Program-made: the position numbers and the translations under genes
Assembly (NCBI RefSeq): GCF_009789195.1
Contig: NZ_WSTC01000006.1
Span: 8,126-72,125, forward strand
Length of the DNA: 64,000 nucleotides
Direction of reading: 5' to 3'
Origin: Paenibacillus sp. MMS18-CY102
GTDB lineage: Bacteria > Bacillota > Bacilli > Paenibacillales > Paenibacillaceae
The notes under the pieces: generated by a model
Database searches by the model: none
What the model was told of the DNA's origin: nothing
Seen by the model: the letters and a program-made list of their open reading frames with translations, nothing else
Shown here: one piece after another, positions 1 to 9,878 of the stretch
Layout of the letters: every line of letters starts with the position of its first letter
Position numbering within the stretch: position 1 is the first letter of the stretch

Positions 1-47
1 ATGAATGGTTGCTGTTACCTAATAAACTTGAGGAGGAGCACTTAGAA

Positions 48-674
48 ATGAATAATACCGTATATCTTTATGTGTTTGATACCATGTCCGATTGGGAAAT
101 AGGTTATTTAACCGCCGAGCTGAACTCTGGAAGATACTTCAGACAGGGGCTGGCTCCCGCCAAAATAGTCACCGTTGGGATCGAAAAGACTCCAGTAACT
201 ACAGCGGGCGGATTGAAAATAATGCCTGACATCAAAGTGGATGAATGCAGCATTACAAGCGTAGGTGCACTGATTTTACCTGGTGGAGATACATGGGGAG
301 AAGCTGTTCACGTACCCCTATTAAAAATGGCCGAGATGTGTTTAAAGGAAGGGATCGTCGTTGGAGCAATTTGCGGTGCTACCTTCGGACTTGCTCAAGC
401 AGGATTGTTAGATTCACGTGGGCACACAAGCAATGATTTGGGCTACCTTAAAATGATCTGCCCTTCTTACACGGGCGAAGAATACTACAAAGCGGAATCC
501 GCTGTCACCGATGGGAAATTGATCACTGCAACCGGAGTAGCTCCGTTAGAATTTACTGTTCATGTTTTAAAAGCGCTAGATGTAGTTTCTCCAGAAACAT
601 TAGACGCTTGGTATCGTCTTAATAAAACGCATGAACCTAAATACTTCTACGAGCTAATGAGCTCAATCCAATGA
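48..674 (+). CDS. DJ-1/PfpI family protein (class I glutamine amidotransferase-like fold)
   Basis: Motif AICGATFGLAQAGLLD with the conserved Cys in the nucleophile-elbow position. The likely start is ATG at 48 (MNNTVYLYVF), preceded by a GAGGAGG RBS; the track's 9..47 extension lacks an RBS. Confidence 0.7.
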   Translation: MNNTVYLYVFDTMSDWEIGYLTAELNSGRYFRQGLAPAKIVTVGIEKTPVTTAGGLKIMPDIKVDECSITSVGALILPGGDTWGEAVHVPLLKMAEMCLKEGIVVGAICGATFGLAQAGLLDSRGHTSNDLGYLKMICPSYTGEEYYKAESAVTDGKLITATGVAPLEFTVHVLKALDVVSPETLDAWYRLNKTHEPKYFYELMSSIQ

Positions 675-758
675 CAGTATAGGGATACAAGGCATGTTGA
701 ATGCTGTTTGTCGCTTATCAGGAAATAGCGTGTCGGAGCCACATTTACCTATCTGACG

Positions 759-794
759 AAGCCCAAGCATAGTTAGCGCTTGGGCTTTTTGTTT
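759..794 (+). terminator. rho-independent terminator
   Basis: Stem gcccaagc...gcttgggc followed by a T-run, directly downstream of the DJ-1 gene. Confidence 0.5.
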
Positions 795-808
795 TGCCTA
801 ATTCCCCA

Positions 809-1312
809 CTATGGCGTGGAATCCCCACTATTGTGACCTTCATTCTGATTAAGCATCGTATGGAAAAACTTCAACGATGCCTGCAGCTCTGGCTCCGAGA
901 AAGTGTTCAAATCATCGAAAAATCTGCGCTTTATCTTTTCGTGCAGCATAGCGTGCACTTCGAAGACATGCCTGCCTTTGGGTGAGAGGCTGAAATAGAC
1001 TTCTTTCTTGTTGTCGTTCATTTGGCTTCGCTTTATGTAGCCATCTTTATGCAATTTAGTGCTGACATTCGTCACACTCGCCTTGGACAGATTCATTTTT
1101 TCTGCAGTAGACGTGTTGTTGATAGGTTCGTTTTTGCCAATGCAATCAATAATGTGTATGGCTGTCAAATTGCTCGGGAATGAGGTGAGCCCATGCACCC
1201 GTGCAAAATCAGCAAACTCTTCGGTCTCGGTCGAAGAGATCTGCTCGGCTAAATGCAAAAAATGAATAAAGCGATCGTACAATAATTCCTTAAGTCCCTC
1301 CGATGGATGCAT
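809..1312 (-). CDS. MarR-family winged-helix transcriptional regulator
   Basis: About 165 aa with a wHTH-like central region (LTAIHIIDCIGKNEPINNTSTAEKMNLSKASVTNVSTKLHKDGYIKR) of size and pattern typical of MarR proteins. Confidence 0.55.
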   Translation of the reverse strand: MHPSEGLKELLYDRFIHFLHLAEQISSTETEEFADFARVHGLTSFPSNLTAIHIIDCIGKNEPINNTSTAEKMNLSKASVTNVSTKLHKDGYIKRSQMNDNKKEVYFSLSPKGRHVFEVHAMLHEKIKRRFFDDLNTFSEPELQASLKFFHTMLNQNEGHNSGDSTP

Positions 1313-1677
1313 AATGCTGAGATCCCCCTTGTGACACTTTCATTGGTCAGATTACCCGAATTGTTAATGTGTAAACAAACATACCACATCAGCGATAAAC
1401 TATCAATTTCTGAACCAATTCTACGGCATTGACAGCACAGATCAGAGAAAATCCCATCAATAATGCAGCCCATCCACTCTAATAATAAGCCGAAAACAAT
1501 TTGACAAGCGAACTAAAACGGATTATTGTTTACTAATTAACAAAATAAAGTGATTGAATCGTATTCCTCATCAATTGTTTTATATAGCTTAATCTGCTTA
1601 TTGTTTATTCCTTAACAAAATGAGTCGTTTCTATAATCGAGCTGGAATAAGTGCGCTGTGCTAAGGGAGGAATACGA

Positions 1678-2700
1678 ATGAATATTGCCAAGACGATAAG
1701 AGAACGCAGAACGATTCGGAAATTTCATGAAACACCGATCGAACAAGAACGGATTCTTTCATTGCTGAATAACGCTGCAAGCTTGTATGAATCGGAGGAA
1801 ACGCCACATTGGCGTTGTGTTCATTACAGCACGTTCGAGTCGCGCCAAAGGCTGGCAGATAGCATGTTCGCTAGAATAAAGGAAAGCAAGCTGGGAAAGC
1901 TTATCCCCGCCCCAATAACGAATTTATTCAAGAAACAAGTATCCAATACGCCTGTTAACTTAGTCTTCATTGCAGAAGCCGCCGAAAATCAGCGACTGAG
2001 CGACAATAATTATGCAGCGGTATGCAGCATCATGCAAAACCTTCAATTGCTGGGCTGGGAGAGCGGGCTGGGCATGCTGTGGTTCACTGATCCAATGATT
2101 CAAGGCGAGTCATTTTTTAATGAAATAGGCTTGCGGGAGGGTGAACGGTTTGCAGGGATTTTGCATATGGGGTACTTTGATCAACCGCTAAGAGACCGGA
2201 GGAAAAGAACGCCGGCAGAAAAGAAATGGCTCGCTATGGACGGAGGGGTTCAGCGACATTCGGATGGCCATCAGGTGTCTTCGCAGAGCGTCCTGGATAT
2301 TCTGAATGAGGCAGTCTGGGCGCCAAACGATGGAATGCGGGAGCCTTGGCGTTTTATTTATGTTGCTGGGGACGATGCGGCCAGTAAACTCGGAGCTTCA
2401 TACGAGGATGCGTCACTGTCATTCCTGCTGGTTGTAGCAAAGGAGGAGGCGGATCCCCACAAGCGGGAAGAAGATTACGCTGCGGTATGCTGCTTGATCC
2501 AAAATTTTCGATTATTGACCGAATCGGTGCCATGGCATGTGCGCCGCATGATACCGGAATGGATTTATGATCGGGAACGATGCAAGCCATTTGGGATTCG
2601 GCCACAGGAACGGATCGTAGCTGTGTTGGAGCTCGGGGGAGATGCTCGTCAATCGAATGCCGCAACAACTTCCCCAGTGCTGAATATTACGCATTTATGA
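1678..2700 (+). CDS. tandem-domain nitroreductase-family protein
   Basis: There are two nitroreductase-like halves. The N-terminal half reads RRTIRKFHETPIEQERILSLLNNA. The C-terminal half reads VLDILNEAVWAPNDGMREPWRFIYV. The start is ATG at 1678 after an AAGGGAGG RBS. Confidence 0.6.
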   Translation: MNIAKTIRERRTIRKFHETPIEQERILSLLNNAASLYESEETPHWRCVHYSTFESRQRLADSMFARIKESKLGKLIPAPITNLFKKQVSNTPVNLVFIAEAAENQRLSDNNYAAVCSIMQNLQLLGWESGLGMLWFTDPMIQGESFFNEIGLREGERFAGILHMGYFDQPLRDRRKRTPAEKKWLAMDGGVQRHSDGHQVSSQSVLDILNEAVWAPNDGMREPWRFIYVAGDDAASKLGASYEDASLSFLLVVAKEEADPHKREEDYAAVCCLIQNFRLLTESVPWHVRRMIPEWIYDRERCKPFGIRPQERIVAVLELGGDARQSNAATTSPVLNITHL

Positions 2701-2802
2701 TCCAATGGACTGCCGCTGTAGAAACGAATGGAGTTACGTTAGGGCGGAAGGTGAACGAAAGGTTGCGAGACCTGAAAATTTATTTTATAAAGCCTTATAA
2801 GT

Positions 2803-2837
2803 AAAAAGGATACCCGATTAAGGAGTATCCTTTTTGC
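2803..2837. terminator. bidirectional rho-independent terminator between convergent genes
   Basis: aaaaaggataccc-gattaagga-gtatccttttt; a perfect hairpin flanked by an A-run and a T-run. Confidence 0.55.
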
Positions 2838-2853
2838 ATTCAATCTCTATAAT

Positions 2854-3603
2854 CTATAACTTAGCAACTAGTATAAAGCGTTCCGAATTTGTCTTAATGC
2901 CCTTCTGAGTTTGATTTTCCTTAATAAACTGTTGGAGTATTTGAAAATCAACATCAGTCCGTCCAAAGTCGGGAATAATTGGAGTGTGTTTTAGTAAAAA
3001 AATGAGGTCTTCAGCGGTTTGGTAATATTCAGTAACATTAAACTCAAATGCCTGAATGTCGCTAAAGCCTGCTTCGTTCAATTCAGTAATATATTGATGC
3101 TGTAATGTACCTGCCTTTGATCTAAATGCCTGTCCTCTTCCAAATGCTTCTTTAATATTTGATTTATCGTTTTCGCTCACTTGCTGAGTGAGGAAAGTAC
3201 CGCCCTTAATTAAAACTTTTGCAACTTCTCTAGCGGAAAATTCCGAATGTCTACAAGAGACTACATTAAAAAAGCAGTCAGGAAAACCCAAGTTTTCAGC
3301 TTCCATCTTTAGAAAGCGTACATTGGGTATGCCTGATTTAGCACAATTTCTAGTTGCGGTTTCAATCATTCCAGTGGATTGGTCAATCCCAACTAGAAGT
3401 AGTGCAGATGCAGCTATTGATAAGATCGCTTCTCCACCACCAGTACCAATATCAAGCAATATATCTGATTTCTTGCAGTTCTTCGTTACTTCACGATACA
3501 AATCCCATCTTGTTCCTTCAGAAACGCATTGCACATTGCTGAAATCCCAACCGTTGGTTTTGCCGACTTTATCATAAAATTCTTTGTATTCCAATGAATT
3601 CAT
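2854..3603 (-). CDS. class I SAM-dependent methyltransferase
   Basis: Motif I LLDIGTGGGEAIL and a Rossmann-like continuation. The start is placed at MNSLEY (3603) with an AAGGTGG RBS; the earlier in-frame Met codons lack an RBS. Confidence 0.65.
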   Translation of the reverse strand: MNSLEYKEFYDKVGKTNGWDFSNVQCVSEGTRWDLYREVTKNCKKSDILLDIGTGGGEAILSIAASALLLVGIDQSTGMIETATRNCAKSGIPNVRFLKMEAENLGFPDCFFNVVSCRHSEFSAREVAKVLIKGGTFLTQQVSENDKSNIKEAFGRGQAFRSKAGTLQHQYITELNEAGFSDIQAFEFNVTEYYQTAEDLIFLLKHTPIIPDFGRTDVDFQILQQFIKENQTQKGIKTNSERFILVAKL

Positions 3604-4305
3604 TTGTATTCCACCTTCTAATGAGAATAACATGTTGACCGATATCATTCATATGTTTAGTTTCATGAGACCAAAGGGCAGACTCCCCCCTCGATGGCTG
3701 GTACGCGTTTTATCCAGCCCGACAACTAAATACCTCGAACGATACGGAAAGACATCCAGTTCACCCCATTTGAAAGATTGGTTCAATTATAGTTCGAAGA
3801 GAGTTTGTGAATCAAGACTTGAAAACGAGTAAAAGGCAAAGAAGGGTGATGTAGTACCTATGGTTACAGAGCTGTCCTATTAGTAATAAGAAGCTGGTTT
3901 TGCTAGAATTTTTTTCCAACGCGACTTGTGAGTTGCTCGGAAAGAGGGTACTTAGTCTCATTGAGAACACAGTTTTATTTTTCAACGTTTTTAACAAACA
4001 GGTCTCGTTTCAAAAATTAGAGCTTGTCGAGCGAAGGGTGTTTATTATATATAAAGAGTGGTAAATATGTAACAATCACAAAAATTGTAAAGAAATCGTT
4101 CCATAGGAAGTGATGAAGAGAGGAGGTAGCTAAATTCATTTCATTAGGATAACTAGTCTAACTTTTTTACCAGATAACATAATATTGTCACTTTAACGTA
4201 TGCACAGTCAGGAATCAATAGCTAGTTGACTAGATGGCTAGGAAGCAAGACACCGATAATACAACATTGTACTAAATTTGGAATTAAAGGAAAAGAGGAA
4301 TGTAA

Positions 4306-5265
4306 ATGGGGATGATGATTTGTCTTTTAGATATGACAGATTCGCAGAAAGAGCGCATAAGGAGACAAGCACCGAATCTTGAAATTCATTTTGCTCCTGC
4401 TTCGGGCTTAGAGGATAAACTTTTTTTGGAGGCAGAAATCATTTTCGGCTGGGACCCCCGAATTGTGACCGAGACACTTTGCAAACCCTCGAAGTTGAAA
4501 TGGTTACAAAGCTGGTCGTCAGGTATTGAATATTTACCTCTGTCACTCCTCGAGGAACGGAATATACGAGTAACCGATGCGAGCGGAGTCCATGCAACAT
4601 CTGTATCTGAAACGATATTGGCGATGATGCTGGGCTTTTCCAGAGGAATTGTGTCGGCACTGCAGAATCAAGTTGATGCAAAATGGGAGAGCCCGCCAAC
4701 ATTAGTCGAAATGAACGGATGCACAGTATCAATCATTGGGGCAGGCGAGATCGGTAAGGAGGTTGCTAACTTATGTCGTGCGTTCGGAATGAAAATTATT
4801 GCAGTTCGGCGTTCCGGAGAACCTATTCCAGAAGCCGATTGGACTTATCCAACAACATCGCTTCAAAATGTGCTTAAGGAAAGTGACTTCATCATTAATA
4901 TCTTGCCATTGACTCAAGAAACTTACTATCTGTTTGACTATGAGAGATTCAGTCAGATGAAAAAAAGTGCATATTTTATCAATGTTGGACGTGGCTCAAC
5001 TGTGATAACGGATGATTTGGTTAGGGCGCTTAAAGAAGGTCTGATAGCAGGCGCAGGTCTTGATGTTTTTGAGGAGGAACCACTTCCTGCAGAGCATTCT
5101 TTATGGTCATTATCGAACGTCATACTCACACCTCATAATTCAGGTGGAAACACGGTAAAGAATAGGGAGCGTCTCGTTAATTTGTTCGTGATGAATTTAG
5201 AGTGTTATCTCAACGGTGAAGAGCATGTTATGAAAAACGTCCTAGATTATCGAAAAGGGTATTAA
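4306..5265 (+). CDS. D-isomer-specific 2-hydroxyacid dehydrogenase family protein (NAD-binding)
   Basis: GAGEIGKEVANLCRAFGMKIIAVRR nucleotide-binding motif, with the catalytic-domain layout of glycerate/phosphoglycerate dehydrogenase-like enzymes. Confidence 0.7.
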   Translation: MGMMICLLDMTDSQKERIRRQAPNLEIHFAPASGLEDKLFLEAEIIFGWDPRIVTETLCKPSKLKWLQSWSSGIEYLPLSLLEERNIRVTDASGVHATSVSETILAMMLGFSRGIVSALQNQVDAKWESPPTLVEMNGCTVSIIGAGEIGKEVANLCRAFGMKIIAVRRSGEPIPEADWTYPTTSLQNVLKESDFIINILPLTQETYYLFDYERFSQMKKSAYFINVGRGSTVITDDLVRALKEGLIAGAGLDVFEEEPLPAEHSLWSLSNVILTPHNSGGNTVKNRERLVNLFVMNLECYLNGEEHVMKNVLDYRKGY

Positions 5266-5377
5266 AAATCAGTAGTAAGAAAGACGCCACACCGAATCAG
5301 GTCGATTAGGAGCACTCCCATTCGACTTGAGGGTATGGCGTTTTTTTCTAGGTGAAATGCTAGGACTTGTCTATCTA

Positions 5378-6625
5378 TTAATGTTGCATCTTTTGAAGGT
5401 TCACCATTACATCGTTTTCAATTAATTGAATCAGATTTTCAATGCCGTTGGTGCGTTGCAGCAGATTGGCAACCTGAATACCTAATTGCGAATGATTAGA
5501 TTTTAAACGTTTCTCAATAGCAGAAGTAATTTTTGCTTCAATTTCATCCGGGTGAACGATTTCCCCAAGCTTTAATTGTACGGCTCTTTGTGCATTTAGC
5601 CTTTGTTCCTCGTGTTGTGGAATAACGATCATAGGAGTACCACACATTAACGCTTCCATGACCGTTGTATGGCCACCATGAATGATTGCCAAATCCGCAG
5701 CTTTCATTAGTTCTAAGGCTTGGTTTGTAAAGCTGATGATTTCAAGAATGGAGTCGGGATTGCTCCCTTTGAACTGTTTGATTTCTAGAGCTAATAAATC
5801 CGGATCAATATTTGGTCCAGTGATTACGTAATAATGAGCCTTTATGTTCCGAAGGCTATGAAGCAGTTTGATGTAATTCGCGAATCCCATCGCGGTTCCG
5901 CCGAATGTGATGAGGATTAGCGGCATTCCGTGGGGAGAAATAGAATTTTTCAACTGAGTCTTGGACGGTAGGTTATTCGGCTGATTTTTAATAAACGGAC
6001 CGGTATGATGGATTTCTCTAACTGAGTTTAGAACGATTTCTCTCATGCTTCGTGGCATGTGTGACAAATTATCAAAGGTTGAGAAGTCCGGAATAACCAT
6101 AATATCACCAAACAATTTTTGTATTGCATACTGTGGCGTCTCGAGCTCATTCAAGGTATCAATGACATCAGGGATCATTTGAGCTAAGGGATAAATAAAA
6201 AAATTCGTATTGTGCAGGGAGATGGATGGGATGTTATTCAAGGCAGAAGTTACGCCTGCAGACAGTCGGTAGTCGTGCAAAACCACATCAGGATTGAATT
6301 CCTTCATGAGCAATGTTTCTTCTTCGATACATCTTTTCAGATACTCGGGATTCGCTAATCGGCTCCTCGTCTTTGTCTGGCTTGAGGACTGCGTGCGTTT
6401 GGGTTCACGCTCAGGCGGCAAAGGCTCAATCTCTCGAATGGGCTTGCAAGTCAAGCCGGCTTGTTGAGGTATATGAAGAGCTTCTTCTGAACAGGCAAAT
6501 AGTACATCGTGTCCCCTATTTTTTAGGTGTACCGCGACTGACATGCTTCGGCTCAAATGACCGAGACCGTGGAAAAATGCTAGAACTAATATTTTTAGGT
6601 TGAGATTGGTTTCCATGATGATCAT
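5378..6625 (-). CDS. GT1-family glycosyltransferase (MGT/UDP-glycosyltransferase-like, GT28-type C-terminal domain)
   Basis: N-terminal region GLGHLSRSMSVAVHLKNRGHDVLF. C-terminal donor-binding region AADLAIIHGGHTTVMEALMCGTPMIVIPQHEEQRLNAQR. The gene follows the LLM gene at a 27-nt spacing on the same strand. Confidence 0.65.
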   Translation of the reverse strand: MIIMETNLNLKILVLAFFHGLGHLSRSMSVAVHLKNRGHDVLFACSEEALHIPQQAGLTCKPIREIEPLPPEREPKRTQSSSQTKTRSRLANPEYLKRCIEEETLLMKEFNPDVVLHDYRLSAGVTSALNNIPSISLHNTNFFIYPLAQMIPDVIDTLNELETPQYAIQKLFGDIMVIPDFSTFDNLSHMPRSMREIVLNSVREIHHTGPFIKNQPNNLPSKTQLKNSISPHGMPLILITFGGTAMGFANYIKLLHSLRNIKAHYYVITGPNIDPDLLALEIKQFKGSNPDSILEIISFTNQALELMKAADLAIIHGGHTTVMEALMCGTPMIVIPQHEEQRLNAQRAVQLKLGEIVHPDEIEAKITSAIEKRLKSNHSQLGIQVANLLQRTNGIENLIQLIENDVMVNLQKMQH

Positions 6626-6652
6626 AGCCTTTCTTAAGTGGTTTGGTCACTC

Positions 6653-8017
6653 CTATTTTAGGTACATTGACTGCTGTTTTTGATGGGCAGGATGTGACGG
6701 ACGCTTCAAACCGAGTGTACCTCGAAGCGTTTTTTCTGTGTATTCTGTCCGAAAAATTCCACGACGCTGCAACTCCGGTATAACGAGTTCTACAAAATCA
6801 TCGAGTCCGCCAGGTAAATATGGCGGCATGATGTTAAACCCATCAGCTCCTTCTTGCGTAAACCATTCTTCGAGTTTATCGGCGATTTGAACAGGTGTTC
6901 CGATGATTTCGCAATGTCCTCGAGCTCCTCCAATCCGTTTGCAAAGTTGACGGATTGTAAGCCCTTCCCGTTCGGCAAGATCTTTCAGTAACTTAAATCG
7001 GCTTTTGCCTCCGTTAACTTTCTCGATATCAGGGAGATCTGGCAAGGATCCATCTACTGGATACTCGGAAAGGTCAAAGCTGATTAGGGCCGACAGTAGA
7101 CTGATTGCGGCTTCATGTGGGACCAATTCGTCAAGACGAGCTTTTTTCTCCAATGCCTCCTCTTCAGTACTCCCAATAATAGGGAATACGCCTGGCATGA
7201 CGATTAAGTCGCCTCGCTGACGATTATACTTGTCTAATCTGCTTTTTATGTCACGATAATACGTTTGGGCATTCATTAAAGTCGAACATGCTGTAAAAAC
7301 GACATCCGCAGTACGTGCAGCTAATTCTTTTCCGACTTCAGAGGCTCCAGCTTGAATGATCACGGGGTAACCCTGAATGGGGCGGGCTACATTGAGTGGT
7401 CCACGAACCGAGAACCACTTTCCCTTGTGTTTAATCTTATGCAGTTTGTCGCTTTTTCCAAATATCGCGTTTTCTTTATCGCAAATGAAAGCATCATCTT
7501 CCCAGCTATCCCACAGCCCCGTTACAACATTAAAGAATTCCTCAGCTCGTTCATAGCGAACGGAATGCTGAACATGCTCCTCGAGATTAAAATTTTGCGC
7601 TTCCTCTGGGTTGACGGAAGTTACAATGTTCCATGCCGCACGTCCCTCGCTTAAATAGTCCAGGGAAGCCATTTTTCGAGCAAGATTAAAGGGCTCATTA
7701 TACGTCGTCGAAATTGTCGCTGCGAGCCCAATATGGGAAGTCACAGCTGAAAGTGCTGAAAGCAACGTCACTGGTTCAGGCCGAACGGTTATCGTTTGAG
7801 AAACAGATACAGGAAGTTTTTCAGATACTGCATAGCCTTCTGAGAGGGTGTCAGCTAAAAACAGCATGTCAAACTTCCCACGTTCGGCAGTAAGAGCCAA
7901 TTGTTTGTAATAACTTAAACTAAGTATATCCGCCGCATTCGTCTCCGGATATCGCCAAGCGGCTAAGTGATGACCTGGAGTCATTAAAAATGCAGCTAAC
8001 TTCATCTGTTTTCTCAT
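6653..8017 (-). CDS. LLM-class flavin-dependent monooxygenase (NtaA/SnaA/DszA family)
   Basis: N-terminus MRKQMKLAAFLMTPGHHLAAWRYPE is characteristic of the family. The true start is MRKQ (8017) with a GGAGG RBS; the track's MEVT start has this RBS inside the coding frame. Confidence 0.7.
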   Translation of the reverse strand: MRKQMKLAAFLMTPGHHLAAWRYPETNAADILSLSYYKQLALTAERGKFDMLFLADTLSEGYAVSEKLPVSVSQTITVRPEPVTLLSALSAVTSHIGLAATISTTYNEPFNLARKMASLDYLSEGRAAWNIVTSVNPEEAQNFNLEEHVQHSVRYERAEEFFNVVTGLWDSWEDDAFICDKENAIFGKSDKLHKIKHKGKWFSVRGPLNVARPIQGYPVIIQAGASEVGKELAARTADVVFTACSTLMNAQTYYRDIKSRLDKYNRQRGDLIVMPGVFPIIGSTEEEALEKKARLDELVPHEAAISLLSALISFDLSEYPVDGSLPDLPDIEKVNGGKSRFKLLKDLAEREGLTIRQLCKRIGGARGHCEIIGTPVQIADKLEEWFTQEGADGFNIMPPYLPGGLDDFVELVIPELQRRGIFRTEYTEKTLRGTLGLKRPSHPAHQKQQSMYLK

Positions 8018-8375
8018 CGTAACCTCCAAATTTGTCCATAGGTTTGTGTAAATAATTATATTAAAAAGTAAAAGTTAGTATATAGTCAACAACAAAAACG
8101 AATCGAAGGAAGAAGTAAAGCGCACAGTTATTCAGATTGTGAAGGGATATCAGGCAAGAATCGATCCCGGTATACGAGGCTGACACCATAGTAACTGAGG
8201 CTTTGAAATCTGTGAAGCACCGATTGGAGGCTGGTGGTAAAGTTTGAACTTGCGTCAGTAAAGAAAAAATTGATAATTCTTCAAATTTATCATGACTTCT
8301 CCTGATTGATTTGATATTATGTATAAATGTGAACTAAAGGATCATTTTTCCAATTGACTAAACGGAGGAAGTTGA

Positions 8376-9878
8376 GTGGCTTCTACAGAGAATGATGTAC
8401 GAGTGGCTATAGGAAGATGCCTAACGGAGGTGGTTTTTCATTTATCCGCCGAAATTAGCCCTTACTTTAAAAAGGGGGGGTTAGGGGATATGGTTCAGTC
8501 ATTACCCCGTGCATTGAGTAGACGAGAATTTTTGAATATTACGATCACACCTTACTACAGTACACTAAAAGGCAACCCCGAGCTGATCATTGAAGATTCA
8601 GTCGAATACAATGACCGAGTTTATACCTACCAGGTTTATGTTGCCATATCCGAAGGAGTTTATAGTCTATTTGTAAAAGTGAAAGACAGTTGGATTTTCG
8701 ACAAGATGTATAACACAGGATTGGACATCTATGATGGAAATGTAAATTTATCACACTTCTTATTCGGCAAAATAACGGCCATTGTAATCACCAAACTTAC
8801 TTCTTCACCCTGTACCCTTCTTACGCATGACTGGCACGTTGCATGTGTCTATCCCTACATAAAGCAGCTTGCTATTCCGGCAATGAAACTTCATGTGATT
8901 CATAACTTTCACTACCAGGGCGCACTAAACGAAGATATGCTCCATCTGGCAGAAGAAAATATAGAAGTGGATTTCAAGATCTTTCTCAATAAGTTCGGTC
9001 ATTGTTCCCTTTCTGGCATGGCAATTAACCAAGCAGATACAGTGATTACTGTAAGTCAGTCCTATGCGGAAGAACTATCAGGAAGGAGTGCGCCGCATCC
9101 AAATTTGCATGTTCTTGAGCTAGCAGATTTAAGGGGCATTGTAAACGGCTATGAGACTTCAATTTGGCACCCCGAATTAAGTGAATACGTAATTGTCCCC
9201 TATAATAAAAATTCCGTTACAGATAAGTTAAAGAACAAGAAATGGTTAATCAAAGAGCTTAGATTAGAAATAGACGAAACTAGACCGATTTTATTATTCT
9301 TAGGACGTCTGTCGCCCCAAAAGGGAATAGAATTGTTTTACAACGAAGGCGCGAATTTCTCTTTAAATATTGAAGCATTAATGGCCCTAGGTGCAGCATT
9401 TATTGTATGTGGCGAGCCACAAGAGAACGAAATTGATAAAAAATTTCAAAAGCTGGCGATGTCGATAGAGGGGGATTTCCGCTATATAGACCGCTACACC
9501 GAAGAGTTGGCACATCGATTATTGGCTGGCAGCGATATTTTAGTCCATCCATCCAAGTTTGAGCCTTGCGGTTTAACGCAGCTTTATGCCATGGCCTACG
9601 GGACAATTCCAATTGTTAATCCCGTTGGTGGTTTGAAAGATACTATTGTTTGCGAATTGAAAAATAATGGACAGGGCTGTGGGTTTTGGATGGAGGAGTA
9701 TAGTTTTAAAGGTTTATACGATGCTATCGAAACTACGATTTTCCATTATGAGCAAACCGATGTTTGGTCATCACTGATTGAGCGGGCAATGTCACAGCAG
9801 TACGATTGGGATCTTAGAATAGATCCTTATGTATCCATCATAAGCGAACATCAAAGGAGCAGACGACGTGAATTATAG
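8376..9878 (+). CDS. GT5-family glycogen/starch-synthase-like alpha-glucosyltransferase (GlgA-like, divergent)
   Basis: ISPYFKKGGLGDMVQSLPRAL corresponds to the GlgA K-T-G-G-L donor-binding motif. C-terminal GGLKDTIV corresponds to GlgA GGLADTV. GTG start with a GGAGG RBS. Confidence 0.55.
   Translation: MASTENDVRVAIGRCLTEVVFHLSAEISPYFKKGGLGDMVQSLPRALSRREFLNITITPYYSTLKGNPELIIEDSVEYNDRVYTYQVYVAISEGVYSLFVKVKDSWIFDKMYNTGLDIYDGNVNLSHFLFGKITAIVITKLTSSPCTLLTHDWHVACVYPYIKQLAIPAMKLHVIHNFHYQGALNEDMLHLAEENIEVDFKIFLNKFGHCSLSGMAINQADTVITVSQSYAEELSGRSAPHPNLHVLELADLRGIVNGYETSIWHPELSEYVIVPYNKNSVTDKLKNKKWLIKELRLEIDETRPILLFLGRLSPQKGIELFYNEGANFSLNIEALMALGAAFIVCGEPQENEIDKKFQKLAMSIEGDFRYIDRYTEELAHRLLAGSDILVHPSKFEPCGLTQLYAMAYGTIPIVNPVGGLKDTIVCELKNNGQGCGFWMEEYSFKGLYDAIETTIFHYEQTDVWSSLIERAMSQQYDWDLRIDPYVSIISEHQRSRRREL

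Noticed and set aside
9-47. Upstream extension of the DJ-1/PfpI ORF to position 9
   Set aside because: The ATG at 48 has a canonical GAGGAGG RBS at the right spacing, and the family N-terminus begins there. The extension is probably 5'-UTR, though the window edge prevents certainty.
2354-2694. Antisense ORFs (104 and 60 aa) inside the nitroreductase gene
   Set aside because: They are fully embedded opposite a well-supported CDS, with no RBS, a low-complexity composition and no recognisable family. They are typical shadow ORFs.
8018-8029. The MEVT start of the LLM monooxygenase given in the ORF track
   Set aside because: The GGAGG Shine-Dalgarno lies inside those four codons. The MRKQ start at 8017 places it 5 nt upstream of the ATG, as expected.
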